From the IMG/VR virus record IMGVR_UViG_3300028586_000757: a DNA stretch of 64,000 nucleotides; one strand, given 5' to 3'. The position numbers and the translations under genes are program-made. The DNA comes from an uncultured virus (IMG/VR IMGVR_UViG_3300028586_000757) (taxonomy: Duplodnaviria > Heunggongvirae > Uroviricota > Caudoviricetes). The notes under the pieces were generated by a model, which was not told where the DNA came from, ran no database searches, and saw only the letters and a list, made by a program, of their open reading frames with translations. Below, one piece after another: positions 47,201 through 56,083 of the stretch; position 1 is the first letter of the stretch; every line of letters starts with the position of its first letter.

Positions 47201-48584
47201 TGAGCGTCGTGGCAACCCAGCCGGAACGCGGTCCAGGGGTAGTCGCGTTGAATGTTACAGTCACGGTGCAGGACGCACCAGGAGCGAGTGAGGTTCCACA
47301 ATCGCTGGTCTGGTTGAAGCTGTCAGACCCGTGGCCCACCTGGAGCCCTTTTATTGAGGCGGCAGTGGCGCCGGAGTTGGTCAGAGTCGTCTGTAGCGAA
47401 GCCGGATGCCGCGTTGGAATATCGCCAAAAGCTAATGCCGCAGGAGTGTATGACAACTGCGCTACCGGCTCCGTCGTAGGGCTACCGGCGGTGGAGCCTG
47501 TGAGGGCTAAGTCCGCTCGAACGCCATCTTGCGCCTGTGCTACCACGGTGTAGCCCGCTTGATAGCGGGGAGCTCCTGCCTTAAATGTTACTGAAACGTT
47601 GCAGCTCCCGCCAACTGCCAGCGTGGTCGGGCAATCGCTCACAATAGCAAAATCCGGATTCGGCTTCGACAGGGTGAACACAGCAGGTGCCGTGCCTGTA
47701 TTGGTCAGCTTAGCCGTCTTGGTGGCGCTAGTGCCGGGTTCCAGGGGTCCGTAAGACAAGATAGCCGTGTCAAACGATAGTGCCGGACGCTTGGCGGGGT
47801 CGCTTTGCACGTATGCGTAGAGTGTTAGCGGTGCCACGACGCCAGGTGCGCCAGACGTGATGTTCAACACCTTGGAGTGGTCTTTGGGGACATACGAAGA
47901 GAAGGTTGCTGCAATGTCGCAGTGCGCCCCCGCCGGCAGCACGGCTGGGCAATCGTTGGCCACCTCAAATCCATTACCGGACGTAAGTCCTCCCAAAACG
48001 GCGTCAGCATCGCCAACATTGCTCAAGGTGGTGCTGCCTGCACCACCTTGCCCTGGCCTGAGTGCGGTACCCAGGACAATCAAGCGGTCACTAAGCCGAA
48101 GCGCAGGGGCGGGACCAGAAGCCGCACGCGCGAATGTAGTCAGTTGCAAAAACCGTGGAACCTCAAGGTCAGGTGCTGATAGCACCATCTGGTATTGCGT
48201 TCCCGGGATTGCTGCTTCGGTGGGTGTTACTGACACACTGCACGGCACTCCTACCGGTAGCGGCGACGGGCAGCTATGGGTAACCGAGAAATAGGTATTG
48301 GAATCAAGGCCCGTGACCGCGACTGGCTTTTTGCCATTATTCGTGAGCACACTTACCTGCGGCTCACGCAGCCCATTCGTTACGTCGAATAGCTGCGAAC
48401 TAGGTGAAATTCTCAGAACGGAGGCAGAGGGGTCGTCTCCGACATCAATGGCTCCGTCTCCATCTCCTAGTGGAGCGGTACGAATCTGGAGTCCCAGCGG
48501 AATGCGGTACTCCTGTGTGGCTGCCAAGACAGGATGCAGTGTAGTGAGCGCTACCATTAGGTAGCTAACGATTTTTCGGGACAT
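44250..48584 (-). CDS. Large secreted adhesin-like protein with about 11 Ig-like (choice-of-anchor D/ASH-type) repeats and a C-terminal LamG domain
   Basis: Repeated L.F.....G..S....LTN.G...F.Q...CG..LA.GASC...V.F.P; DFTMEAWVRP..WTHMAVTR..GQLDDVRI. Confidence 0.85.
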   Translation of the reverse strand: MSRKIVSYLMVALTTLHPVLAATQEYRIPLGLQIRTAPLGDGDGAIDVGDDPSASVLRISPSSQLFDVTNGLREPQVSVLTNNGKKPVAVTGLDSNTYFSVTHSCPSPLPVGVPCSVSVTPTEAAIPGTQYQMVLSAPDLEVPRFLQLTTFARAASGPAPALRLSDRLIVLGTALRPGQGGAGSTTLSNVGDADAVLGGLTSGNGFEVANDCPAVLPAGAHCDIAATFSSYVPKDHSKVLNITSGAPGVVAPLTLYAYVQSDPAKRPALSFDTAILSYGPLEPGTSATKTAKLTNTGTAPAVFTLSKPNPDFAIVSDCPTTLAVGGSCNVSVTFKAGAPRYQAGYTVVAQAQDGVRADLALTGSTAGSPTTEPVAQLSYTPAALAFGDIPTRHPASLQTTLTNSGATAASIKGLQVGHGSDSFNQTSDCGTSLAPGASCTVTVTFNATTPGPRSGWVATTLTNSMQALLPLTGTSQSAVLAVGPSTLQLGAVVLPGTSAVQSVSLANSGNMPLTGLSVVNTDSRLAVGYGDCVETLAPAKGCTLRLQYAPTNDGAVSTSFQVRSANGGAATVNVVGTAVKLSTSPSSLSFPATRVGTSSPVQSVTLTNNGQSPVSINSIGVNAGRDQFSQSNSCGPSLLGGASCTLSVRYAPIGVSANTTAAHAGDIVVTSNGSSVAHVGLSGSGVNPQLDLSSWNLNFPETYVGQLSNPLSLIVRNVTEYPAAVTGLGVSQSASEFGQSNNCGTDLGPGTSCTVNVQFAPTLPGQRAGALSLVTSFGTYNVGLGGRAETPQLKLSTVSVPFPATNVGQLASPARFTLTNQSSDVAALSAMGISQAGTDFTQSTDCGTTLASGASCAVTIQFLPSAAGERSGIWSVTSPMGTYRVSLSGIGTEPAPAIDPSDDVTPGAPTSDGYTHYSINFLNTDMGATSAIRNLVFSNKGNGPLTIQGISRVTGLTDFTETNNCGPVLAPGASCTISLTFAPSAVGPRTGGIALLSTHGKFYFDLTGKGMGALAQLTADSSADFGDVKVGSTAQRKFTFSNTGTKAAVNVNAGISGTDLSLLASSCGTAAAPVSLVAGASCAMTVQFAPQVSGASVGELIVRSSATNGAQALAVNGVGIQAQGKLTADTDSNFGDVAAGEAVSRSFMFANVGNTPANGVIAAVTGTGMSLTANTCGSAAAPGSLAVNATCSMTIRFAPLVAGAVPGTLSVVSSAVNSPSTLTLPGNGKAITTLMLLGESTVTTDSSGGTVSAVGSPSVTSANRIDGAGSTLLPSKGSYLVTPSTTTYAFGTTDFTMEAWVRPTASSASVVLSNYATSRWGSGKWTITTAHSACGNKACFFVYNYNADSPMLMSPANIPLNTWTHMAVTRAGTTFKMYINGVQVASKTTNVPLDAGLTAPQQIGIGTMEGGTWDWGYTGQLDDVRIVRGEALYSGNFTPPTNLH

Positions 48585-48783
48585 TTCGGTAACGGTAATT
48601 TAGCCGGTTGGACACGATTACGTATAGGTCTACCTGTTAAACAAATACGGAGGCGGCTCAGATTACTGCGACGTTTTTAGATGACCAAATGCGCCTAGCT
48701 GTCGCAGTCAATGCGCTAAACAGGCGCCACTACACCTGACATCAATACGTACCAGTGCGAACCTGGCCAAGCCCAAGACCCTT

Positions 48784-49653
48784 ATGACACCTACGCTTAT
48801 TTCCGTTCTTAAATCGATGCAACCTGGCGGCGACTACGCCGTGTTAGGGGCACTTGCCCTTGTGGCCTTGGTCGTGTGCTATTGGTACGGCGTTAAAGGT
48901 CTGGGGAAAGTCATCAAGGCAGTAGACCAGCGAAACCTGTCCGGAATATACGTTCTTCCCCTGTTGGCTGTTTTCGTCTACACGACCTGGACGTTGGTGA
49001 CCGCAATGCCTACGCAGCAAGACCCAAACCTCATCAGCGGAGTTCTGCTCGTCCTTGCGTTCTTCCAGGCGTTTGCCATTCTGCATCTGGCCGAGGTGTA
49101 TTCGCCTGTCGTGGCCCCCATTTGGGCTGTGCTGCGGCTGGGCTTTCGTTCGTCAGTAATGGTTAGCTTCTGGTCAACGGCGTACCTCGGCATGCTTGCC
49201 TTCCTAGTGCCGAGCACGGTTGGTGCGATGGCTGTCATCCTGCACGCCGGCGTATTCTTTTCGATAACGGTATATCACGCTGCAAGTGCATGGCTTAACG
49301 GCGTGAATGGCGGCCGCCGGATGGCCGTGTTTGCAGGCCACCTCTTGCTTGCCTTGGCGTGCGCGGCGCTGGCCCACGTATATTCGTACTCATCTAACGG
49401 GCTAGACGTCATGGCCGAAGTGTACTGCACGGGTATGACTGCGCTCAGCGCGAGTCTCCTCTACCTTGACCGCTTTGAGGAGCGAGTACCCCTTCTCCCG
49501 GGTGTGAACACTCCGTTCGGCCCGGCTACCTGTGTCGTCGCCGGCGTGGTATTGGCAGGGCTGGGATTCACGCCTTCTGCGTGGATTCTGATTCCCGTCG
49601 GGCTGCTGGGGTTGGTCATTGAATACAATCATCGCCCGTCACGTTCGGCGTAA
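48784..49653 (+). CDS. Multi-TM membrane protein
   Basis: About 8-9 hydrophobic segments. Confidence 0.65.
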   Translation: MTPTLISVLKSMQPGGDYAVLGALALVALVVCYWYGVKGLGKVIKAVDQRNLSGIYVLPLLAVFVYTTWTLVTAMPTQQDPNLISGVLLVLAFFQAFAILHLAEVYSPVVAPIWAVLRLGFRSSVMVSFWSTAYLGMLAFLVPSTVGAMAVILHAGVFFSITVYHAASAWLNGVNGGRRMAVFAGHLLLALACAALAHVYSYSSNGLDVMAEVYCTGMTALSASLLYLDRFEERVPLLPGVNTPFGPATCVVAGVVLAGLGFTPSAWILIPVGLLGLVIEYNHRPSRSA

Positions 49654-49702
49654 TCCGAGCGAAGTCAGGTAACCTATTTACTCGCGAGTTCTCAGGCGCC
49701 AC

Positions 49703-50116
49703 ATGCACATCATTTCGATTTATCCGCAGTACGTCAATGCCATTCTCAAGGGCCAGAAGCTAGTGGAGTGTCGTAAGTCGGCGCTGGGCTTGGCGCAGGG
49801 TGACCTGCTGCAGCTCTACGCGACTGCGCCTGTGAAGGCCATCCTTGGCCAAGCCCGGGTGCTGGACGTTCACCGCGGCGCTCCGGAGGAGCTTTGGGAA
49901 CAGTTTGAGCATCGCACTTGCGTTAAGAAAGACGACTACTTCGCGTACTACGCAGGTAAAAAGGAAGCGGTGCTGCTCGCGCTTACAGAAGTTCGGCGTC
50001 ACGACGCCCCTGTGCTGCTTGACCATCTGCGCGGAGTCGAACCCCGGTTCTCTCCACCGCAGACCGCGCGCCGGCTGTCGGCCGCGCTGCAGGCGCTTTG
50101 CGCCGCTACTCACTAA
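49703..50116 (+). CDS. ASCH domain protein
   Basis: ISIYPQYVNAILKGQKLVECRK..LYATAPVKAILG. Confidence 0.85.
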   Translation: MHIISIYPQYVNAILKGQKLVECRKSALGLAQGDLLQLYATAPVKAILGQARVLDVHRGAPEELWEQFEHRTCVKKDDYFAYYAGKKEAVLLALTEVRRHDAPVLLDHLRGVEPRFSPPQTARRLSAALQALCAATH

Positions 50117-50135
50117 CCGCTTCTCAACGTTCACT

Positions 50136-50588
50136 ATGACGACAACGAGCTACGTCCCCTCCGACGCAATCCGCACTCTCGTCCTGGCACGGCTGCGCCA
50201 GCTGTATCCGCATGAGGAGATGACGCCAGAGAACCTGGCGTTCGTGGACCATCAGATTGAGGGCAGTGTCCGGGGCTTCATCTCGACACTAGGGTTGGGA
50301 CTAGACGCAGACCTGGGCGAGACCTACGCCATGACCGAGGGTGGGGTCTTCAAAGACGAGGTGGTCAAGTGCTACCTGTTCCGGCTACCTGTCTTGCCTC
50401 AGGACGAGGAACAGATGGCCCTTGAGATAGCCAAGGACCTGTATCGGTATGCAGGTCAACCCATCATGGAGATGGCCAGCGCGCGGCTCGAAGTGCGTGA
50501 CGGGGAGCTGGTAGTGGTCGGCCTCGAGTCGAAAAAGAAGCGCGAGCCGTCGACGCGAACACGCGCAGTAGTGTTTGTTCCGGACTGA
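50136..50588 (+). CDS. Hypothetical protein
   Basis: Operon spacing. Confidence 0.55.
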   Translation: MTTTSYVPSDAIRTLVLARLRQLYPHEEMTPENLAFVDHQIEGSVRGFISTLGLGLDADLGETYAMTEGGVFKDEVVKCYLFRLPVLPQDEEQMALEIAKDLYRYAGQPIMEMASARLEVRDGELVVVGLESKKKREPSTRTRAVVFVPD

Positions 50589-50632
50589 CCTCTCGCTATA
50601 CGTGTGAGCTACTTCACACCTCAAGGACACAA

Positions 50633-51079
50633 ATGGACAACACGGATTTTACCCGCCTGGCCGAAGCGGCCGCTCGCGAAGGCATGCGTGACTTCGACTG
50701 GGCGGTGTGCACCCACATCATCTCGCGCCAGCTGAATTGTTCGCGCTACAAGGCACCAGACCTTGACCAGTTCATGCCTACGGCCTTTTACCTGGCATTT
50801 GAAACTGGTGGAGCCAGCGGCGGAGACTGCTGGGGCGGCAGCGCGCGCAGCTATTCGACACCCATCGAAGGTGGGGACGAGTTCGAGGCGCTGGACCAGT
50901 TCCTAGAAGAACACTTCCCGAAAATCCCGTTCCTCGCGTATCGAAAGCTGATGCGCCAGATGGAGAAATTCGAGTACCGCGACAGCGACCCCTATGGCAA
51001 CAGCACGAACTACCAGGTGCGTGCACTGCCGTTTGACGTACTGTGGAACGTCCTGGCTGACGCCGGCCAGCTGGAATAG
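50633..51079 (+). CDS. Phage-type hypothetical protein
   Basis: RBS AAGGA; TGGASGGDCWG, YGN motifs. Confidence 0.7.
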   Translation: MDNTDFTRLAEAAAREGMRDFDWAVCTHIISRQLNCSRYKAPDLDQFMPTAFYLAFETGGASGGDCWGGSARSYSTPIEGGDEFEALDQFLEEHFPKIPFLAYRKLMRQMEKFEYRDSDPYGNSTNYQVRALPFDVLWNVLADAGQLE

Positions 51080-51118
51080 CCAGTGCCTGGCACCGACAAC
51101 AAAAGGAGTAATATTTCA

Positions 51119-51385
51119 ATGGCAGACAGCCCCTCAGTTCTGGGCGTACCCCAGCGTATTCCCGGGGCACGAGAAGATGCCCTGGCCAAGCTCACTCGCA
51201 TTGGCGTTGGCGAAATCAAATCGCGTGAAGCATTGATTCGTCGCGTCGAAGACATCGCGCTTGACGTTGGCGACACCGTGGAGGCGCGCCGCCTGGCAGG
51301 CGACCCAGACTGGTGGCGCAGCCAGGACTTGCTGGACGACGTGCTCGACATCCTGGACTTTGTCCGCAAGGGCGAATCGATATGA
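51119..51385 (+). CDS. Hypothetical protein
   Basis: RBS AAGGAG; ATGA overlap with next gene. Confidence 0.6.
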   Translation: MADSPSVLGVPQRIPGAREDALAKLTRIGVGEIKSREALIRRVEDIALDVGDTVEARRLAGDPDWWRSQDLLDDVLDILDFVRKGESI

Positions 51386-51783
51386 AGGTCGTGCTTGTCA
51401 TAGGGCTTCCAGCATCCGGAAAGACGCACTGGGCGAAGCGACAGGTAGCACAATTGCTGGCGCTGGGCGTCACGGCCCGGCTGCTGGACGACCCTCGTAC
51501 GCAGGAACAACTTTCGGAGGGCCTTGCTCGACCCGCGCATGTGCTGTTCATTACAGACCCGTACCTGTGTCAGTCCGTCGCGCGCAACGCTGCGTGCCAG
51601 ATTCTCACCGCGGCCGGCCACCAGGTCGAGTATGTGTTTTTTGAGCGCGACCCGGAGCAGTGCCAAGCTAACGCCCGGCTGCGACCTGGCAAGCCAGTGG
51701 CGAAGTTCATCGCACAACTTGCGGAGAGCTACCAGATACCGGTCAACGCGGCGGTGCTTCCCGTGTACCGGCCTAGCCCCTGA
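51382..51783 (+). CDS. Small P-loop kinase-like protein
   Basis: Walker A GLPASGKT; CQANARLR lid motif. Confidence 0.75.
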   Translation: MKVVLVIGLPASGKTHWAKRQVAQLLALGVTARLLDDPRTQEQLSEGLARPAHVLFITDPYLCQSVARNAACQILTAAGHQVEYVFFERDPEQCQANARLRPGKPVAKFIAQLAESYQIPVNAAVLPVYRPSP

Positions 51784-51860
51784 AGCTGGGCTATGTTGAT
51801 GTCATTCACGACGCCTGTTCCTCGGAGCAGGCGTTTTTCTTTGCTGGCGTAGGTGCCTGG

Positions 51861-52265
51861 TTAGGCCCGGTACACCGTGTTACCGCAGCCTTCGCACTTC
51901 AGCACCTCGTACCCGGAACGTCCATAGTAGTGGCGTTCGAATCGACCATTGCCGCAGTGGACGCAATGGTTCGGCTGACCAATCGTGGACTGAATCTGGC
52001 GATACTCTTTTTCGCTGAGCTCCGTCACAGGGTCGGACCCCACCACCAGACTCGCGAAGGTCACCAAGGGAAGAAAGTAAGTCCAGGGCGCCGGTCCGAA
52101 GTAGTGAACGCAGATAGGCACGGCAATGAGGCACAGTGCGCCTACGACCAGCATGATTCGGTGCCAAAGCTTCGCGCTTGCTTTGTTGCGCTCCAAAATC
52201 CCTTGATAGATGGCTTTCCCTTCCGGAGTCTGAAGAGGTGCTGAAGTTCTTTTTTGTGTGGTCAT
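51861..52265 (-). CDS. Membrane protein with C-terminal Zn ribbon
   Basis: Two TM segments; CVHC..CEGC. Confidence 0.65.
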   Translation of the reverse strand: MTTQKRTSAPLQTPEGKAIYQGILERNKASAKLWHRIMLVVGALCLIAVPICVHYFGPAPWTYFLPLVTFASLVVGSDPVTELSEKEYRQIQSTIGQPNHCVHCGNGRFERHYYGRSGYEVLKCEGCGNTVYRA

Positions 52266-52600
52266 GAAAATCTCTTCTATGGTGGCAGGCGTTGTGCGAA
52301 ATAGTTCATTTATGTAGTGCCGTGCTTTAGCCGTTGCGACCGGTGCGCGGGTATCCACCATGAAAAACGTCCGCCAGGGGCGGACGCTAGAATTGGAACG
52401 TCAACAGGCGCACCTCACTCGATGCAAGGCCCACTTGTTCAATGCAGCACACCAGGCCGGGGACGCCTGGACGGCGCCGCGAATGGTGACTGGGTGCAAT
52501 TGCCAGGTATTCGGTAGCCTCATCCGTTGGTTTGCTATTTTGCGGTCTTCCAAACCGAGCAGCTGAGGCTCTCCACCGTCCTTATGCACGCAGACCCAAC

Positions 52601-52930
52601 CTACCACCTCATCCAACGGGTCCGACTCGCCTGTAGCAGCTGCGGGGGTCGGATAGCCGTCTCGGCATAGCCCACCAGCTTGCGTCGGGGACCAGGGGCT
52701 GCCGGCAGCTTCATCAGGCTGTTGTCCACCTGAGTGAGCGCGCCGTCGAGCCTGTCAGCAGGCATATCGCGAACCACATCTGCGAGGGGTAGTGCCTTTG
52801 CGTCGTCGACACTGCGCTTACCGCCGTCGCGGCCGTACATCAATTTGAATTTGTCTTGCCAATCGGAGGGCAACTTGCTGAGCCCTTCGAGTATTTTCGC
52901 ACGTGCGAAGTCCTGTAGTTGTTGGTTCAT
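52601..52930 (-). CDS. Hypothetical protein
   Basis: RBS AAGGA before ATG52930. Confidence 0.55.
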   Translation of the reverse strand: MNQQLQDFARAKILEGLSKLPSDWQDKFKLMYGRDGGKRSVDDAKALPLADVVRDMPADRLDGALTQVDNSLMKLPAAPGPRRKLVGYAETAIRPPQLLQASRTRWMRW

Positions 52931-53101
52931 GGATTGTCCTTGGCTAAGTACGCTCCGGAGGCCCGGGCTTTGATGACTTAGCCTAGTGTAGAAAGTAGCG
53001 CAAGCTAGAGTAGGCGGTTCTGCCTCACCAAAAGAAAACGTCCGCAAGGTGCGGACGTTGTAATGAGAGGACCGTTCAGCGACAGCCGGCACCCGCTCTT
53101 G

Positions 53102-53578
53102 TCAGCCGCTGATAACGCCGAACTCGACCAGGGCGTTCTGGCACGATGGCATGGAATGTTGGGCCAGTGCCTGGTCCCAAGCTTTGCGTTGTTGCTTGGT
53201 CAGCTTCGCAAACTCCACGCGATACGCGAGGTGGCCGCCGCCGAAATACACACAGGCTTCTGCACCCGTCATGGCGACGACGGTGTACGCCCAGGACATT
53301 GCCGCGCCACCCAGGCCGCCATAGCCCAGGGCCGTGCTACCCCACAACTGCGGGAACAGAACGACATCCACCTCAGAAGCGTCCGGCCGGCGCGTCTTGG
53401 ACTTTGTCGGCAAGGTGCGATTTCGCTGGTGTTCTTGGTACTGTTCTTCCGAGACGGATTTTTGGAGTTCTCGAGCAGCGGTCCAGTCGGTGACTTCAAA
53501 AGTGACATCTGCCAGGTCGCGCAGCGTCGCGGCGCTCAAGGCTTCGTGTAGGGTTAGGATGGGATTCTGTTTATGCAT
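53102..53578 (-). CDS. Phage-type hypothetical protein
   Basis: FPQLWGSTALGYGG..VYFGG. Confidence 0.65.
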   Translation of the reverse strand: MHKQNPILTLHEALSAATLRDLADVTFEVTDWTAARELQKSVSEEQYQEHQRNRTLPTKSKTRRPDASEVDVVLFPQLWGSTALGYGGLGGAAMSWAYTVVAMTGAEACVYFGGGHLAYRVEFAKLTKQQRKAWDQALAQHSMPSCQNALVEFGVISG

Positions 53579-53700
53579 ACTGGTTCCAAGTTGGAGGGTT
53601 GAACTGGTGTGTCAGCAAGTGGCCTACGTTTGCACACCTACGAGCAGGTGGCGAGACCTCTCGTCTAGCGAACAAGTGCGGCTGACATACCGACGAGGTA

Positions 53701-54291
53701 TTACGGGCCTTCTGGGTCTTCGTGAAATACGTAGGATTTGCCGTTCCAGTAGAGCAGGGCGTCCACGGCCTCCGTAGTCAGAGATACCCCGACCCCTCGC
53801 ATCTTGCGAGAAGGCGCCTGCAGTTCCCGTACTTCTTTTGAACAGGGGCTTACCACCTGCAAGTCGTCTCCGACATCTAAATGGTTCAGCACCAGGACGG
53901 GAGACATGCCATCTAGAAGCAGTTTGTCGTACGCCGGCCACTCGGAAGCGGCGCTGGCGGACGTGGAATGCAGCGCTACGAACTGGCGGCGGCCTTTGCC
54001 CGCGGTTTCAGTGCCAAACGTGGCCAGCGTCTTAACCCCGGCAGTGGCCGGCGGCTTGTCTACCAAGACTTTGACCACCATTAGCACGTCCGGCTTGCCG
54101 TCGCCATTGAAGTCACCGACCCGGCAGTGGCTTGCTCGCATATCCGGTGCAAATACGCCTGTGAACGTTTTTGCCACGTGTGCCGCTGCGTCTTTGCACA
54201 GGTGTTGGCCTGCCGTAGCGGGTTGCGCTCCATGCGCGGATGCACCAAGGGCGCACAGTATCAGGGATAGAAGAGGGTTACGAAATCGCAT
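53701..54291 (-). CDS. Secreted protein with an FG-GAP-like motif
   Basis: Signal peptide; GDFNGDGKPD. Confidence 0.65.
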   Translation of the reverse strand: MRFRNPLLSLILCALGASAHGAQPATAGQHLCKDAAAHVAKTFTGVFAPDMRASHCRVGDFNGDGKPDVLMVVKVLVDKPPATAGVKTLATFGTETAGKGRRQFVALHSTSASAASEWPAYDKLLLDGMSPVLVLNHLDVGDDLQVVSPCSKEVRELQAPSRKMRGVGVSLTTEAVDALLYWNGKSYVFHEDPEGP

Positions 54292-54374
54292 TTTTCATGT
54301 AGGTCTGGGGTTTATCGACAGGCTGCACATCGCTTTTCTACACATCTCAGGACAACTTTTTTCGTGAGGATTCT

Positions 54375-55034
54375 ATGATTGATACCAATTCTATTGCTGT
54401 TGCCATTGGCCAGCTTCGACCCGTAATCAACAAGACGGGCAACGCCGGCCGGGCGGTTCGTCGTGCTCTTGAAGGACGCTTCTACACCCATGTCGACGGT
54501 AACGCTGTCGGCCACGTAACAGTGCGTTCCGACCTGGGCGGGCTGCCATTTGCCTTTCTGGCGATGGAAGCACGTCGCGAGACACAGTTTGCAACTGAAC
54601 ACGTCGCACAGAGGGGCCAACCCGGCTTAAAGTTCGCGGTCGCTGAGGTCGATGCGCGCGAACTGCGCGTTGTCGTCGAGATGACGGTTGACGCGATGCC
54701 AGAAGCGATGGTCGACCGACAGGCCCTCGTGGCTGTCGTAGTCGACGAACTCGAGTCGATGGCTCAGTCGCTCGAGCGCATTCCACAATCGGTCGAGAAG
54801 ATGTTTTTCCAGCTATTTAGCGAAGGAAATACTCTCGCGGCAGTTCGTAGCCAGCGCTACCTGGCGCAGTTCAACCGTCTAGTCGACGGCGATTTTTCTG
54901 AAATTGCCGACACCCCGTGCGTACTGCTCGATATGGCCAAAGACCTGAACCCTGCGGTTATCGCTGCAGAAGAAGAACTCGACGCCAAGTTTGCGGCGGA
55001 AGAAGCATACATGGTCAAGCATGGCATGAGCTAA
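54375..55034 (+). CDS. Hypothetical protein
   Basis: Motif at 54338-54353; RBS GAGG. Confidence 0.65.
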   Translation: MIDTNSIAVAIGQLRPVINKTGNAGRAVRRALEGRFYTHVDGNAVGHVTVRSDLGGLPFAFLAMEARRETQFATEHVAQRGQPGLKFAVAEVDARELRVVVEMTVDAMPEAMVDRQALVAVVVDELESMAQSLERIPQSVEKMFFQLFSEGNTLAAVRSQRYLAQFNRLVDGDFSEIADTPCVLLDMAKDLNPAVIAAEEELDAKFAAEEAYMVKHGMS

Positions 55035-55153
55035 CTAGCTAATTTAAGCCCGCCACCTGGCGGGCTTTTCTACGTTTAAGGTAGGTATGCTTAGTGCAGT
55101 GCTCAAAAATAAGTAACGCGGCTACACAGCGGTATTCCACGCCGGGCTTACCC

Positions 55154-55351
55154 ATGACTACTTCAGAAAAATCGTTCGAGGAACTAAGACAAGACCTTCT
55201 CAAGGCCCTGGCTACTAAGCGACGACTGTCAGCGGAAGGTGACTTTGAAAAGCTGTGTTACCAGCTTAACCTGGCTAGGCGCCGCTTTGACGCACACGTG
55301 CCAACGCGCAGGAATACCTCGGCATCCTGGCCTCGGCTCGATGACCGTTAG
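55154..55351 (+). CDS. Small hypothetical protein
   Basis: ORF only. Confidence 0.35.
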   Translation: MTTSEKSFEELRQDLLKALATKRRLSAEGDFEKLCYQLNLARRRFDAHVPTRRNTSASWPRLDDR

Positions 55352-55409
55352 CCACAACCCTAGCATTACTTGCTATACGAGTCAGGCTAACTCATCTTAA
55401 GGACTCAGT

Positions 55410-55703
55410 ATGCAACCGCAATTTATGGAAAACATCGACGCCAACCTCGACAGCCTGGCAAATGACGCGACGCTGCGTCTAGAATTTTCGGTTGGAGGCA
55501 AGGTAGTCCTCGACGTGGTATGTCTGGAAACCCTGCCGGACAAGCATTTTGAGGTGCGCATGCTCAACGGTTCCCAACAAGAGCTGTCAGTTTTTGGTAA
55601 GACGACGGTACGAACTGAAGTGAAAGACCTAGTGGCGATGGTTGTTGGCCATATGGTCAGTGGCCGGTACCGCAAAGCCGACGTTAAGCTTTCGCCGGCG
55701 TAA
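55410..55703 (+). CDS. Hypothetical protein
   Basis: Motif at 55373-55388; RBS AAGGA. Confidence 0.6.
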   Translation: MQPQFMENIDANLDSLANDATLRLEFSVGGKVVLDVVCLETLPDKHFEVRMLNGSQQELSVFGKTTVRTEVKDLVAMVVGHMVSGRYRKADVKLSPA

Positions 55704-56083
55704 GCCATCTCCACAGTACTCGCATTCCAAGCCCGCCTTCTGGCGGGTTTTTGTTTGCGCAGCGCGCAGTCGTTTGGTGGGACTAGGCCCTAAATCTCGC
55801 ACATTGCCAGCCTACCTCAGAGTTGCTTCTGTAACGACGAATTCAGAACTTCTGGCCCAGTTGGTACTGGAACGAAAGAGGGCAACGGCGCGAGCTAGCT
55901 TAGCTTCGGTTAAAATGCGGACTGGAGCCGGGCACCAGGGCTCGTGCATTGGTCACTGCAGTCGATTCGCTGCTCAGCTCAAGATGGCACTCTCGCCCTA
56001 AAAGTAGTTCTATCCTAGTAAGAATCGTGGAACGCGCCATCGCGCCGCGTTGTTGTAGAAATCACATCTGTAAGAGGTCCTGT

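Noticed and set aside
52401..52616. Possible frameshifted continuation of 52601..52930
   Set aside because: The short overlap fits either a separate small gene or noise; there is no evidence to decide.
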